Source of the DNA: Hormiphora californensis
Taxonomy: Eukaryota; Animalia; Ctenophora
NCBI GenBank assembly: GCA_020137815.1
Contig: CM035359.1
Span: forward strand, 5,766,001 to 5,830,000
DNA: 64,000 nucleotides
Reading direction: 5' to 3'
The notes under the pieces are model-generated. The model saw only the letters and a program-made list of their open reading frames with translations, did not search any database and had not been told where the DNA came from. Shown here piece by piece: positions 53,023-64,000 of this stretch (positions are counted from its first letter, which is position 1; every line of letters starts with the position of its first letter). The position numbers were made by a program, and so were the translations under genes.

Positions 53023-54573
53023 ATGAGACCCATGTTTCAATCAACTCTGCTGAAAATCAGCTCACCCCTCTCCTGGAATTTCCTCGATTCTGCGATGTCA
53101 AAATCTGCCGAGCTAACATCGAAAAACTTGTACGTCTTCTCTGAACGCCGTATAAATCCGTCCCTTATATCGCAGGCATACCAGCGACAAGACCCAGTGA
53201 ACCTGTACTTCCTGTGCTCAGGAAAGCCACTCTCAGAGTACACCCACCTCGATGACATTGATCTATTTCTGTCAGCGAGTGAGAGTGATGAAGGGTGCCT
53301 GGAGCAGCTGAAACAATGCAATATTCCCTGGCGAAGAGCCAAGTTTCATCTCCTCGATATAAACTCTGTTTCAGCTGATGCTGAGAGTGAGGCAGGGGTG
53401 GGTGATTGCAGTTACGGGTGTGTTGGTGGAACTTTTGATGATCTTCATCTCGGACATAAATTGCTTCTTACAACCGCTAGTACTCTGAGCAGAGATCGGC
53501 TTTTGGTTGGTATCACACACCAAGATTTGTTAAAGAAGAAGAAACTTGTTGAACTTTTGCAACCATTTTCAGATCGCGAGAAGAGCGTGTTGGACTTCAT
53601 CCGAACAATCAATCCTTCTCTTCGAGCGGAGACTGTTGCTATATCTGACCCCATTGGCCCTGCTGGAACAGAAGCTGACATGGAGATGTTGATTGTGTCA
53701 GATGAAACTAAGGGAGGGCTAGATCCAATCAATGCTTTCAGAGCTAAAGGAGGTTTAAACCCGCTGACATCATACTCAGTAGACCTTGTTTATCCGGGGA
53801 AAGAGGCCCCAAAACTCAGTTCATCCATAAAAAGGAGAGAGTTATTGGGACTGTTAAGGGATCAACCCACTAAGCCATGGGTGCGACGAATTAGGGGTGA
53901 AACCTTGCTGGAACCTGGTACTGGACCTTATGTTATTGGCCTAACCGGGGGAATTTGTTCGGGAAAGAGCACTATTCGAAAAGATTTGGAGGATAGGGGC
54001 ATTGAAACGATTGATTGTGATAAAATTGGGCACGAGGTCTACCAGCCAGGAGGTCCGGCTTACAAGTTAGTAGTGGAGGAGTTCGGAGAACGTGTTGTTA
54101 GTGAGGATGGAACAATTAACCGACGTGCTCTGGGTGGTATCGTGTTTTCAGATCCTTCTAAACTGGCCCGACTAAACGAGCTAGTTTGGCCTTGCATAGC
54201 AACCGTTGCTAAGGAGAGAATTTCTGCTGCTAAGGGGCATTTGATTGTAGTTGAAGCTGCAGTTATGTTGGAAGCAGGATGGAACAACATGGTCGATGAA
54301 GTATGGCTGATGACTGTGAGTCCTAATGAAGCCATATCCCGGCTAGTTGAGAGGAACAAATTCTCTCCAGAGGAGGCGGAAAAGAGATTGAGATCACAGA
54401 TGAGTAATACAGAGAGATGTGCTAGGGCAGATGTTGTTATTTGTTCTGATTGGGAGAGGGAGGTGACACAAGGGTTCCTAGATACTGCGTGGCAGGGTCT
54501 ACAGGATAGGATTGCGTTGTATAGAACATGTTCTGAAATGGGAGAGGGTGTGAGGGAGATCCTCTCTGAGTGA
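53023..54573 (+). CDS. COASY: Bifunctional coenzyme A synthase (phosphopantetheine adenylyltransferase + dephospho-CoA kinase)
   Basis: Single long ORF with GGTFDDLHLGHK (HxGH), DPIGPA, VSDET, KLSSS, VIGLTGGICSGKS (P-loop), IDCDKIGHEVY and VEAAVMLEAGW. ATG 53023 follows the acceptor cctcttcctag. Confidence 0.96.
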   Translation: MRPMFQSTLLKISSPLSWNFLDSAMSKSAELTSKNLYVFSERRINPSLISQAYQRQDPVNLYFLCSGKPLSEYTHLDDIDLFLSASESDEGCLEQLKQCNIPWRRAKFHLLDINSVSADAESEAGVGDCSYGCVGGTFDDLHLGHKLLLTTASTLSRDRLLVGITHQDLLKKKKLVELLQPFSDREKSVLDFIRTINPSLRAETVAISDPIGPAGTEADMEMLIVSDETKGGLDPINAFRAKGGLNPLTSYSVDLVYPGKEAPKLSSSIKRRELLGLLRDQPTKPWVRRIRGETLLEPGTGPYVIGLTGGICSGKSTIRKDLEDRGIETIDCDKIGHEVYQPGGPAYKLVVEEFGERVVSEDGTINRRALGGIVFSDPSKLARLNELVWPCIATVAKERISAAKGHLIVVEAAVMLEAGWNNMVDEVWLMTVSPNEAISRLVERNKFSPEEAEKRLRSQMSNTERCARADVVICSDWEREVTQGFLDTAWQGLQDRIALYRTCSEMGEGVREILSE

Positions 54574-54623
54574 TGTGTGTAGGAGTGAGAAGAGTCAATC
54601 ATTTCTTTGTCTCGCTACCTCAG

Positions 54624-55131
54624 CCATCCAAGATTCACTCCACTTGTTGAAGAATGGAGCTCATGTCCCCTTACTAACTGGTATGACATTATCTTGCTAC
54701 AACCCTACATGTACAAAACAACAGCCCACGTGCTCTGGAAGCAATGTTTAAGATGTATTGTGAGAGTAATGAGGTCAACAAGTCAGTTGCTGACGAGACA
54801 GTTATCCTACCTGAAAACCTCACTGGCCCTACAACGAAAACCAGTCAAGTGTACCGATACTGCTAGGCTGTTTTGTGATGTCTGGACTTATGCCTCGCTA
54901 TTTTCAACCGATGAGGGGGATCAGAGGATTCTACCGTCTATATTCACGACTGAGGAGGTTGTACAGGGACAAAACAGTTCGCAGTGTGAGAACTTGTTAC
55001 GGATATCAGAAGGGCGAAGGTGGGTTTTCCTGACGGAAGAGTTTAGAGGGAGGTATGAGGTTGAGGCGAGAAAGAGGATTGGGGAGGAGATCGAGAGGTT
55101 AGGGAGGGAGAGTGGAGGTTTAGGTGGGTGA
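54624..55131 (+). CDS. Exon-like ORF in frame with COASY, resembling a degenerate COG4339-type HD-superfamily domain
   Basis: 174-codon non-repetitive ORF with acceptor tttctttgtctcgctacctcag ending at 54623. The C-terminus RRWVFLTEEFRGRYEVEARKRIGEEIERL recalls the COG4339 tail (from memory, not searched). Confidence 0.5.
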
Positions 55132-55716
55132 TGTCAGGGGAAATATTGGATACAATCTCCAAGAGTATTAGCCAATTAGCTAATTGACGTTCCAATTAAC
55201 ACCCTTTTACCTCCCCGTGTCAATTGCGTTTGATGGGGTGTGAGTGTACGTTATACATTGGTGATTTGTTACGTGTGCGTTCCTTTTCAGAATTGTTATA
55301 GCTTTGTGTGTGTGTGTTGTTGGTGAAGTGTATACGAAATTGTGTTACATTTTCTGACATGATTATTTCTATTTTTACACTTCTTCATCCTTTTCATACT
55401 CTCATTCTGTCTCTTCTTTTAACTAGCTCTCTCCCAACCAATTACTCCCGTCTTTGCTTCTTCTTTATTCTCTCCCTTCCAATTCTCATTCACATGTTTT
55501 GGATCATCATTCACATCACCTTATTTAGCCCTTCAAATGGGTTCTGAGGAAATTTAGAAATCGTTATACAGTTTTATAATCTAGCCATCGTCATTCAAAA
55601 CTAAGTAGAGGGAGAAGTAGGGAGAGCAGAAAATAGGACACATCGCTTTCTACAAATTCAATACCGCCGTGTAGGTAGATCAGTTTACATTTCGCGTGAG
55701 TTTTCCACAGCGACCT

Positions 55717-55750
<34 letters not shown>

Positions 55751-55927
55751 ATGTAGAGTCTTGTCCTTCTACCTTGCCTGAATCCAATGATTCTCTTTTT
55801 TCTTCGCTTTCCCCTTCTTACCTTTTTCTTCCGGCCTCTCTTTCTCTCTCTCTCTCTCTTACCTCTTTCTATCTCGTATCTCACTTCATGGCTCTCTCCC
55901 TCTCTACCTCAGCTTCACTCCAATTCC

Positions 55928-56180
55928 CCTGACCTCCATCCCCTACTTCCCCAACCACTTTCTCCCTAGTTTTCTAGTAGTACCTGACCTCCATCCCCTA
56001 CATCACCAACCACTTTCTCCCTAGTTTTCTAGTAGTACCTGACCTCCATCCCCTACTTCCCTTGATTACGAAGTTACCCCTTGCCAGTGCACGCGAAGGT
56101 CTCCCGGCGACCTTTAGAGGGGTTATTTCGTAACCAACTACTTCCCCAACTGCTTTCTCCCTAGTTTTCTAGTAGTACTT
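55928..56180. repeat. ~59-bp tandem repeat interrupted by a small hairpin insert
   Basis: cctgacctccatcccctac...ttctccctagttttctagtagtac x3; ttacgaagttacccct / aggggttatttcgtaa inverted pair at ~56066-56133. Confidence 0.65.
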
Positions 56181-56503
56181 GCAGGCCACCCGCGAAGAAG
56201 ATGATTGCCAGGAATCTTGCTCGTGACGTCATTCAGACTTGTACTACATTTCATACTTTCTTGTGGTTGTTAAATATTAGTATCATACCCTGGCTTATTA
56301 TGGATGAGAGTATGACGTGCTGCGTTGTTGTTTTGTGTGTCTGTATGTCTAATATGAGTTTTTGTGTATTTGTCTGTGCTAGTGACTATGCATGCGTGTT
56401 GGTATATTATATATTGCGTGTCACGCTGTAGTATGCGGTATTGTGGGAAAACTTCACGCGGTAAACAGCTTATATAATAACGTTCTCCCTATCTCTCTCC
56501 CTA

Positions 56504-56535
<32 letters not shown>

Positions 56536-57191
56536 CTTCTATCTCTCCCTCCCTCCCTCTCTCCCCTTCTATCTCTCTCTCTCCTTCTATCTCTCCCTCT
56601 CTCTCCCTCCCTCTATCCCCTTCTATCTCTCTCTCCCTCTCATACTTCTCGTTCTACCTTTGGTATTCTGGTACTCTTCAATATCATTCTACTTTTGTCT
56701 CTCCCTTTGTCTCTACAATCTATTCAAACACAGCTTTTGGCTTTTGGCTATACTAGAGTTCTGCAGAGAGTAGAGACGCAAACTATAAATGTAGTAGAAC
56801 TGTGGCCTGTGCAAAAAGCAACTAATTATACCCAATACCCATAGCTAAAAAGCGATTCAGAGGTTTCATTACCATCTCCTCTCCACCATATTTCTCTCTA
56901 TCTCTCTATCTCTCTTTCTCTCTCCTTCTCCCCCTTGCTCCTCAATATATCTCCTATTCTATATTTCTCCAGCGACGTGTGCGTGTATAATAATGAAGAT
57001 GACATTGACAGAGAGAGGGAGAGAGAGAGCTATACTATTAAAGGAGAAGAGATTGGTTTTATAATAATCTAGAGAAGAAAAAAAAGAGAGAGAGAGAGGA
57101 GAGAGGATAAAGAGAGTAAAGAGGAACTCCTCTCGTCTATCTCTTCCTCTACTCTCTCTCTATCTCTCTTCTCTCTCTCTTCTCCTCGTCG

Positions 57192-57238
<47 letters not shown>

Positions 57239-58649
57239 CTCTCTTCTCTCTCTCTCTCTCTCTCGCTGACTCTCTTCTCTCTCTTAGCGTTCTAGCTCGC
57301 CTCTTCACCTCCCCATGCTCTCCCGGAGATTCAGAAAGGTAGGGGGGATAATTTCCCTTTGGCTTTTAACCCTTTCCCTTTTTGGGGGGTCCCTTTTAAA
57401 TTAAAAATGCTATTCTTAAAACCCCCTTTTGGGATTTGTTTTTTTTTTTTTTTTTTTGCCTTACTTTTGTTGCTCTTTAAATTTTTCCTTTTAAAAAGGC
57501 CCAATTTTTTCTCCCTTTTTTTAAAATTTTTTTTTTTTTTTTTTTCCCCCCCCCCCCTTTTTTTGGGGGGGGGGGGGGGGGGGGGGGAAAAAAAAAATTT
57601 TGGGGGGGGGGGCCCCCTTTTTTTCCCCGGGGGGGGGGGGCCCCCCCCCCCCCCAAAAATTTTTGGGGGGAAAAAAAGGGGGGGGAAAAAAGGGGGGGGG
57701 GAAAAAAGGTTTTGGGGGGGCCCCCTTTTTTGGCCCCAAAAACCAGGGGGTGGGGGCCCCCCCCCCTTTTTTTTTTTTTTCCGAAATTTTGGGGGTTTGT
57801 GGGGGGGGGGGGGAAAAATTTTTCCCTTTTTTTTTTTTTTTTTCCCCTTTTAAAGGGGGTTTTTTTTGGGGGGCCCCCGGGGGTTTTAAAATTCCCTTTT
57901 TGGTTTTTTCTCTTTTCTTTTTACTGTCTTGACAATGTTAACTTAATTTTTATAGCTCTATTCTAGAAATACCCCTAGCAGTAATGTAATATTACAGTTG
58001 TCAGATGTCGTCTGTTTTTCTCTCCCACTCTCTTTACCCTTTACTTTTTGAATAATTGCCTCTCACTCTGCATCATTACTTTCTCTCTTGTCTGTGATCA
58101 TCAGTGCCCCCTTATTTTAATTGCTCCCCTGTTTTGCATGAATATATCTCATGACGTATTCTTAAAGGGGTTGAAGGGTAAGCTCGTCTCCGACTCCTGC
58201 TCTAGGCACGGGTGTGACAGGAGTCCACATGTGAGGTGATGTGAGTTGTGACAAAGATTTTGAGGTTACCCCTCCACCTTCCTTTGACGTATTCTCATTT
58301 CTCCCATCCAATATTATTGGTTTACGAGCTATTAATGACAGGACAATTCTCCGCCCTTAAACATGTTCCTCCCCGTGTTTTCCAATCAGTCAACCCAACC
58401 CATGTTTCAATGCCCTCCTCCTTTCAAATGACAGTTTCCCTGACAGTTTCCCTTCTTTTTAATGTCATTGCTAAATTGTCCCCCGAATTGTCCAGTATAT
58501 AAATTGCTTCATTCCCTGGTTTATAGTTGCCCCAATCTCCTCAAGAGCTCTTCTTCATCACGCTCCCCTTGTATTATAACTCTAACAGCTCCCCCCTCTG
58601 TTTTGTCTAGCTGCAGTATGTGATGTAGCTCTGCGTACCTCCTCGCACT

Positions 58650-60527
58650 ATGACGGATATCTATGATTACTCCCCCGATGCGTCCGACGATGAGGATAAC
58701 CAGACGCGATACTATGAGGAATTCACACCCTTCAAGTTAGTAGTACACCCATATTTGGGCATGTATGACGTCACACATTGACCTTATATGGGAGTATGAT
58801 CACATGATGATTAGACCCGATAGAGCTAAAGTCAGAACTGAGTTTTGGTTTGTACATTTACAGTGAATATGAACTATCTATCTAAAAGGTTTCTTTTGGA
58901 TGTTTGCCAAAGTTTCATTTACAGTGGCACAACTGTAACAATTGAAATCTTTTTGTTCCCCGTATTTTAGCATTAGCTGGTAAAATAGGGCAAGAACGGA
59001 AAGGACTATCAGTCACATACCTCTGAGCTGATTTTCTCCCGTAACCTACATTATAACCCAGTCATTGACGTCTAACATAGTCACTAACCCAGTCACTATT
59101 GCACTTCAGAGATGCCACTAACCCAGTCAATAACCCAGTACTGACTTAGTCACTAACCCAGTCACTATCGCCCTTCAGAGATGTAGCGACACTTCTCACC
59201 AGACCTGCCCATCTCAGTTTATTTCTCAACTATACCATCAGCCAAAACCGCTCAAACTACTTGGTAAATAACTACAGATTTTATTCGTTTTCAATAAAAG
59301 TAGACTCTCGATTTACCGAGTCCAAATCCTTTTCACTGACCAAGTGATCCATACATTGGTTTTATCCACTTTTGAATTTCTACAAAGTCTCTTCATTTTC
59401 AGCTTGTTTGTGATATGCATTTATCATGTACAGCGGAACAAGAAATCAAAAGATTTCAGAAAAGCGGCCAACGAGATTTTCACTGATTTCCTCAACCCAA
59501 GCGCAGTAAGTGTAGCAGGACTTTGTATTGATAACGGATCGTTAGTTGGCCAAATAAGATTTATATGGAGCGAAGCTGCGATTAGAAGGCCTTCCCTTAC
59601 GTAAAACATGGAGCTCACAGAGACAGATATTGGGAAGGACAATTGCACCCAAAAGGGATAAACACCTCTCTGCAACAGTTTAAATATCTAAATTTTACAT
59701 GTTTCCGCATGTTTAACAGGTCGGATTCGATAGAGGTGGTGAGAGAGAGGGAGGGAGGGAGAAGGAGATAGAGCGATAGAGCGATAGAGAGATTGAGAAA
59801 AAGAGAAAGAGAAGTAGCATGGATAAAATATGTGGAAAACTATTGCGCTGTTAAAGATTGCGCCACAGGGTATCATGGTGGCGACAGAAACCCGAATTGT
59901 TGAACAAAACAGTCATCGCTTACTCTATTCATTCATACCTAATTGATAGTCTATTATAGAGTCTATTATAGAGTCTATTATAGAGTCTATAATATGTTGA
60001 TTACCGAAAAACAGATAACTAACCGCTACATATTTTCAGGTTCTACGAGTCAATTTCCCTCAAGATGTCGTCACTGATATAAGTCTCAGTAAGTATCGGA
60101 TGTTTGTTTGCATAATGATTGCGCTGCATGTACACTGCTGTGTACACTGAACATAATTTACACACTAGACAATATCGCTACACACACGTATTGGCTCTGA
60201 ACACAGAAAACTCAGCCCCGGTGATACCAGGGGCACGGGGAAGTTGCGGGGGAAAATCCGTGGTAAGCGGACTCTAGTGCTAAAATCACGAAAAGCGAAC
60301 TCGAGATTTTGGCCGTTAGGCCGGAAGCGAGAGTTTGCTGTGCCTCTATACTCGTTTAGAAGTGTTAGGGCTGTTATTTGGGTTCGAGGTTAGGGGTTAG
60401 TGTAAAGGTTAGGGTTAGATATAGAGTCCTCCTTGGGTTTAGATATAGAATCCGTTAGCACTACAGTCCGCCTACCAAAATCCGTCCGCCTTCTCTCCCC
60501 CTCTCTCTTCCCACTCCCCCTCTCTCC

Positions 60528-60586
<59 letters not shown>

Positions 60587-60777
60587 ATCTCCACAAAAAA
60601 TCAAAAGAAAAAAAAAATCTATATATCTCTATTATCTATCTCCTTCTATCTCTCTATCTCTCTCTCTACCTCCTCACTTCCATTACGGGGCAAACGTGCT
60701 GACAGGGGGATTGGTGAAGGCTTGTACATACCCGTCCTTGCGAGCATACTAGAATCCACAGATAGCAGAAAGAAATA

Positions 60778-60829
<52 letters not shown>

Positions 60830-60858
60830 AGAAGAGATAGAAAGGGAGAGAGAGAGAG

Positions 60859-60941
<83 letters not shown>

Positions 60942-61478
60942 TATATACTATCTTTATCTCTTGTTCCGCCTATCTCAATCTAATATTTGTCCACACCTAT
61001 ATCCAACACATTCTAAATTTGCATTTCCCCAAGTAAATAAATCTGTAAAATCACCATTACCTTCTGTTTTCAGCGCTACACCAACAAAAGGACCCAAAAC
61101 AGCTGGAGTTTGTCTACAAGAAAGCATTGTAAGTACCAGGAATCGACCGACACAAGTAAACAACCAATCAGAACTCGTTATTTAGGTCACGTGACTGGTT
61201 ATCAGCCAATCAGGGACCAGTATTTCCTGATTCGGTCGGTACAATGTTCATGTCATTATAGTCCACTCTATCTACCATTTCTCTACTTGACAAACTAACA
61301 TAGTAGAGGGTCGAGCAAAGCAACATCCAGTATACATAATATGTATTTGGTCACCAATAACAAACATCCCCCGCTTTCAGGGAAATTGCGACAAAGAATG
61401 TCAACTCTATGATTAGAGAGTTTAAAAACAAGCTTGATATGGGATTAGGAAAGGCATACAACGTTCAAGTCTTATTCG
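58650..61478 (+). CDS. RGS-homology RhoGEF (ARHGEF1/11/12 family), N-terminal exons; 3'-partial
   Basis: Exons approximately 58650-58735, 59179-59263 (LLTRPAHLSLFLNYTISQ), 59403-59505 (KDFRKAANEIFTDFLNPSA; one-base phase discrepancy at the acceptor), 60040-60088 (VLRVNFP), 61074-61128 and 61381-61478 (IREFKNKLDMGLG). These match the rgRGS motifs RPAHL, AVLRV and DFRSKRxMG. Confidence 0.8.
61137..61240 (+). mobile_element. 109-bp MITE (hAT-type), copy 3, right end slightly truncated
   Basis: caggaatcgaccgacacaagtaaacaaccaatcagaactcgttatttaggtcacgtgactggttatcagccaatcagggaccag...ttcggtcggt. Confidence 0.85.
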
Positions 61479-62297
61479 GTAAGAATTGTTTCTTTTTGTG
61501 TCATGTTGTGTCACTCTGTCTGTCGTTTTGTTTCGAGATCAGTAATTGTTCTAAAAATACTTCTTTTCATCACGTTTTCTTCCCTCTGATACAATTTCTA
61601 TCTTTCTTCCTAAATTAGTTTCTTCTCCTGCTTCTTCTTTCCAATATACAACACACAGAGTAGTGTGTCTGGACACCCGATCCTAACCTTTAACAATCAC
61701 AGTTGGACATACGCCACAATTACACGAAAATAAGAACATGTTCGGTGTCCAAGACAATAAAAAAGAAAACAAGGCAGCTTCATTGCTTCCCAACATGTGG
61801 CTATGCTACCGACTTAGCCTTATCTTCGTTATAACCTTTTGATAGTTCATTATTTTGGGGAAATTATTCCATAGTCCAAACCTGACTTTCTATTATCACC
61901 ATAATATATATATAGGCTGTTGTCAGATGCTAGTTGGTGAGAATTGAAATTAAATTAGACAAAATATGGCCCTTGGATGTCCGTGGAAAGATAAAGTTCA
62001 TTTACTGCTCGTCCTATGTCTTTTCAGTAGTATCATGTTACCCACCCACACACCCACACAAACACACAATATGAACAGCAGGTGCGTCACAGACATAGTC
62101 TACGGTGTTTCACCTCCTCGCCTCTCTCTCTCCTCTCTCTCTCCTATGATCTCTCACATCTCTCCCTCTCTCGCTTCATCACTCTCACTCTCTGTCCCTC
62201 TCACTCTCCCTCTCTCTTCTTCGTTCTCTCTCCTCTCTATCTTCTCTGCTCTCACTCTCATCTCATCTCTCTCTCGTCTCTCTCTCTCATCTCGTCG

Positions 62298-62334
<37 letters not shown>

Positions 62335-62476
62335 CTCTTCATACTCTCATCTCTCTCTTCTCTCAGTCTCTCTCTCTCCTCTCTCTCTGCTCTCTCTCCT
62401 CTCCTCTCTCCCTGGCCCTCTCTCCCCTCCTCTCGCCGTCTCTCCTCTCTCCTTCTCTCTTCTCTCTCATCTCTCG

Positions 62477-62508
<32 letters not shown>

Positions 62509-62852
62509 CCTCTCATCTCGCTCTTCTCTCGTCCCCAAAAATATTTCTTTCTTGCCTGTCACTTCTGCTACTCTCACTTCTTCACTAGTGCTCTGTTCTT
62601 GCCATGTCACTAGCTCTACTTCTTGAACTAACGTTACTCCCGTTCCCAATACGTAGCTGACTCCTATGTCAGTTTAAAAAAAAGTAGTAGTCTCTCTCTC
62701 TCTCTCTCTCTCATCTTCTCTCTCCGTCTCTCTCTCATCACTCATCTCTCACATCTTCTCTCGTTCTCTCTCTCTCCTCTCTCTCTTCTCATCGTTCTCC
62801 TCTCTCTTCTCTCTCTCTCATCATCCCTCTCTTCTCCCATGGCCCTCTCTCC

Positions 62853-62890
<38 letters not shown>

Positions 62891-63203
62891 TCTCTTCTCT
62901 TCACCTCTCTCCTCTCTCAGTCTCCTCTCTCTCCTCTCTCTCTCTTCTCTCTCTCTCCCCAAAAATATTTCTTTGCCTGTCACTACCCGTTGCCCAGACG
63001 TAGCTGACCTCTAATGTCATTCTAAAAAAAAGTAAGTAAGGCTCCTCTCCTCTCTCTCTCTCTCTCCTCTTCGTCTCTCTCTCTCTCTCTCATCTCTCTC
63101 TTCTCTCCTCTCTCTCGCTCTCATCTCTGTCTCTCTCTCTCTCCCCTCTCTCCTGCCCCTCTCTCCTCTCTCTCTCTCTCTCTCCTCTCTCCGTCTCATC
63201 CTC

Positions 63204-63239
<36 letters not shown>

Positions 63240-63667
63240 ATATCTCTATCTCTCTCATCTCTCTTAATCTATCTCTCTCTCTCTCTCTCTCTCTCCCCAA
63301 AAATATTTCTTGCCTGTCACTCCCGTGCCCCAGACGTAGCTGACTCTATGTCAAGTTAAATGATAGAGTCGAGACACTCAGGTAGAACTGCTGTGGGAGG
63401 GAGAGGGAGTGAAATGAAGAAATGAACTATAATGAAAGGGAGAGGTAGTGAGCAAAAAATAAAGAAATGAACAATGAAGAGAGAAAGTCACACAGAGAGA
63501 AATATGTGTTATAGGCAGCGTTGAGCGAGATTTGTCTCTTGACGCGTGTATAATTGTTCTGATTTCCAATCTCTACAATATGTCACTTTCAGGGGTATTG
63601 TCATCTAGAGAGCAGTCAATGAGCTGAAACGACCATCAGGAAATGATATATCGCTTATCAATTGTAA

Positions 63668-63701
<34 letters not shown>

Positions 63702-63712
63702 TGAGAGAGAGA

Positions 63713-63762
<50 letters not shown>

Positions 63763-64000
63763 AGAGGAGAGAAAGAGAGGGATGGAGAGTTCCGGAACTG
63801 TGCTATGCGTAAGGAAGTGTGACAAACGAACTAACAAAGTTGCAAATACACACACACAGTTGATAGCATTACCATTTCTAAATTTGGATGCCCTGCCTTC
63901 TAAATATCCTTCTTTTTTCGTCGCTTCTCTAAGTGCCTCTCTGTCTATCTTTTTCTCTGTCTATCAATGCCTCTGGTTCTCTCTTTCCATCTCTCTTTCT

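Noticed and set aside
57340-57920. Homopolymer-rich ORFs
   Set aside because: Same low-quality sequence signature as 22.5-23.5 kb.
62110-63360. Three noisy copies of (CT)n + ccccaaaaatatttc...gcctgtcact...gacgtagctgac
   Set aside because: The copies differ by scattered indels like raw-read errors. They cannot be distinguished from assembly stutter, so no biological claim is made.

Overview
Eukaryotic (animal) genomic DNA with GT-AG introns, dense (GA/CT)n microsatellites and many MITEs. The repeat style resembles a ctenophore (Pleurobrachia-like); this is recollection and inference, not a search result. Genes reconstructed by hand: (+) a mucin-like Thr/Pro-repeat gene with a Cys-rich tail (<1-1684), apparently nested in an ATP7 intron; (-) the 5' half of a Cu(I)-transporting P1B ATPase ATP7 (13524 to <2338); (-) a 131-aa single-HMA protein paralogous to the ATP7 N-terminus, ending ~240 bp upstream of it; (-) an arylsulfatase B-like gene; (-) a divergent cyclin A with apparent frameshifts; (+) bifunctional CoA synthase, followed in-frame by a degenerate HD-like ORF; (+) the start of an RGS-RhoGEF. 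Mobile DNA includes two >1.3 kb foldback elements, a 109-bp hAT-type MITE family, a Harbinger-type MITE and a satellite-carrying Helitron-like element. The most notable observations are a copZ-copA-like chaperone/ATP7 tandem pair, a CCAAT-N18-TCACGTGA-N9-12-CCAAT module present 10 times (3 inside a MITE), and a possible spliced COASY-HD fusion. Exon boundaries were read by eye. Some regions (22.4-23.6 kb, 57.3-57.9 kb, 62.1-63.4 kb) look like low-quality sequence.
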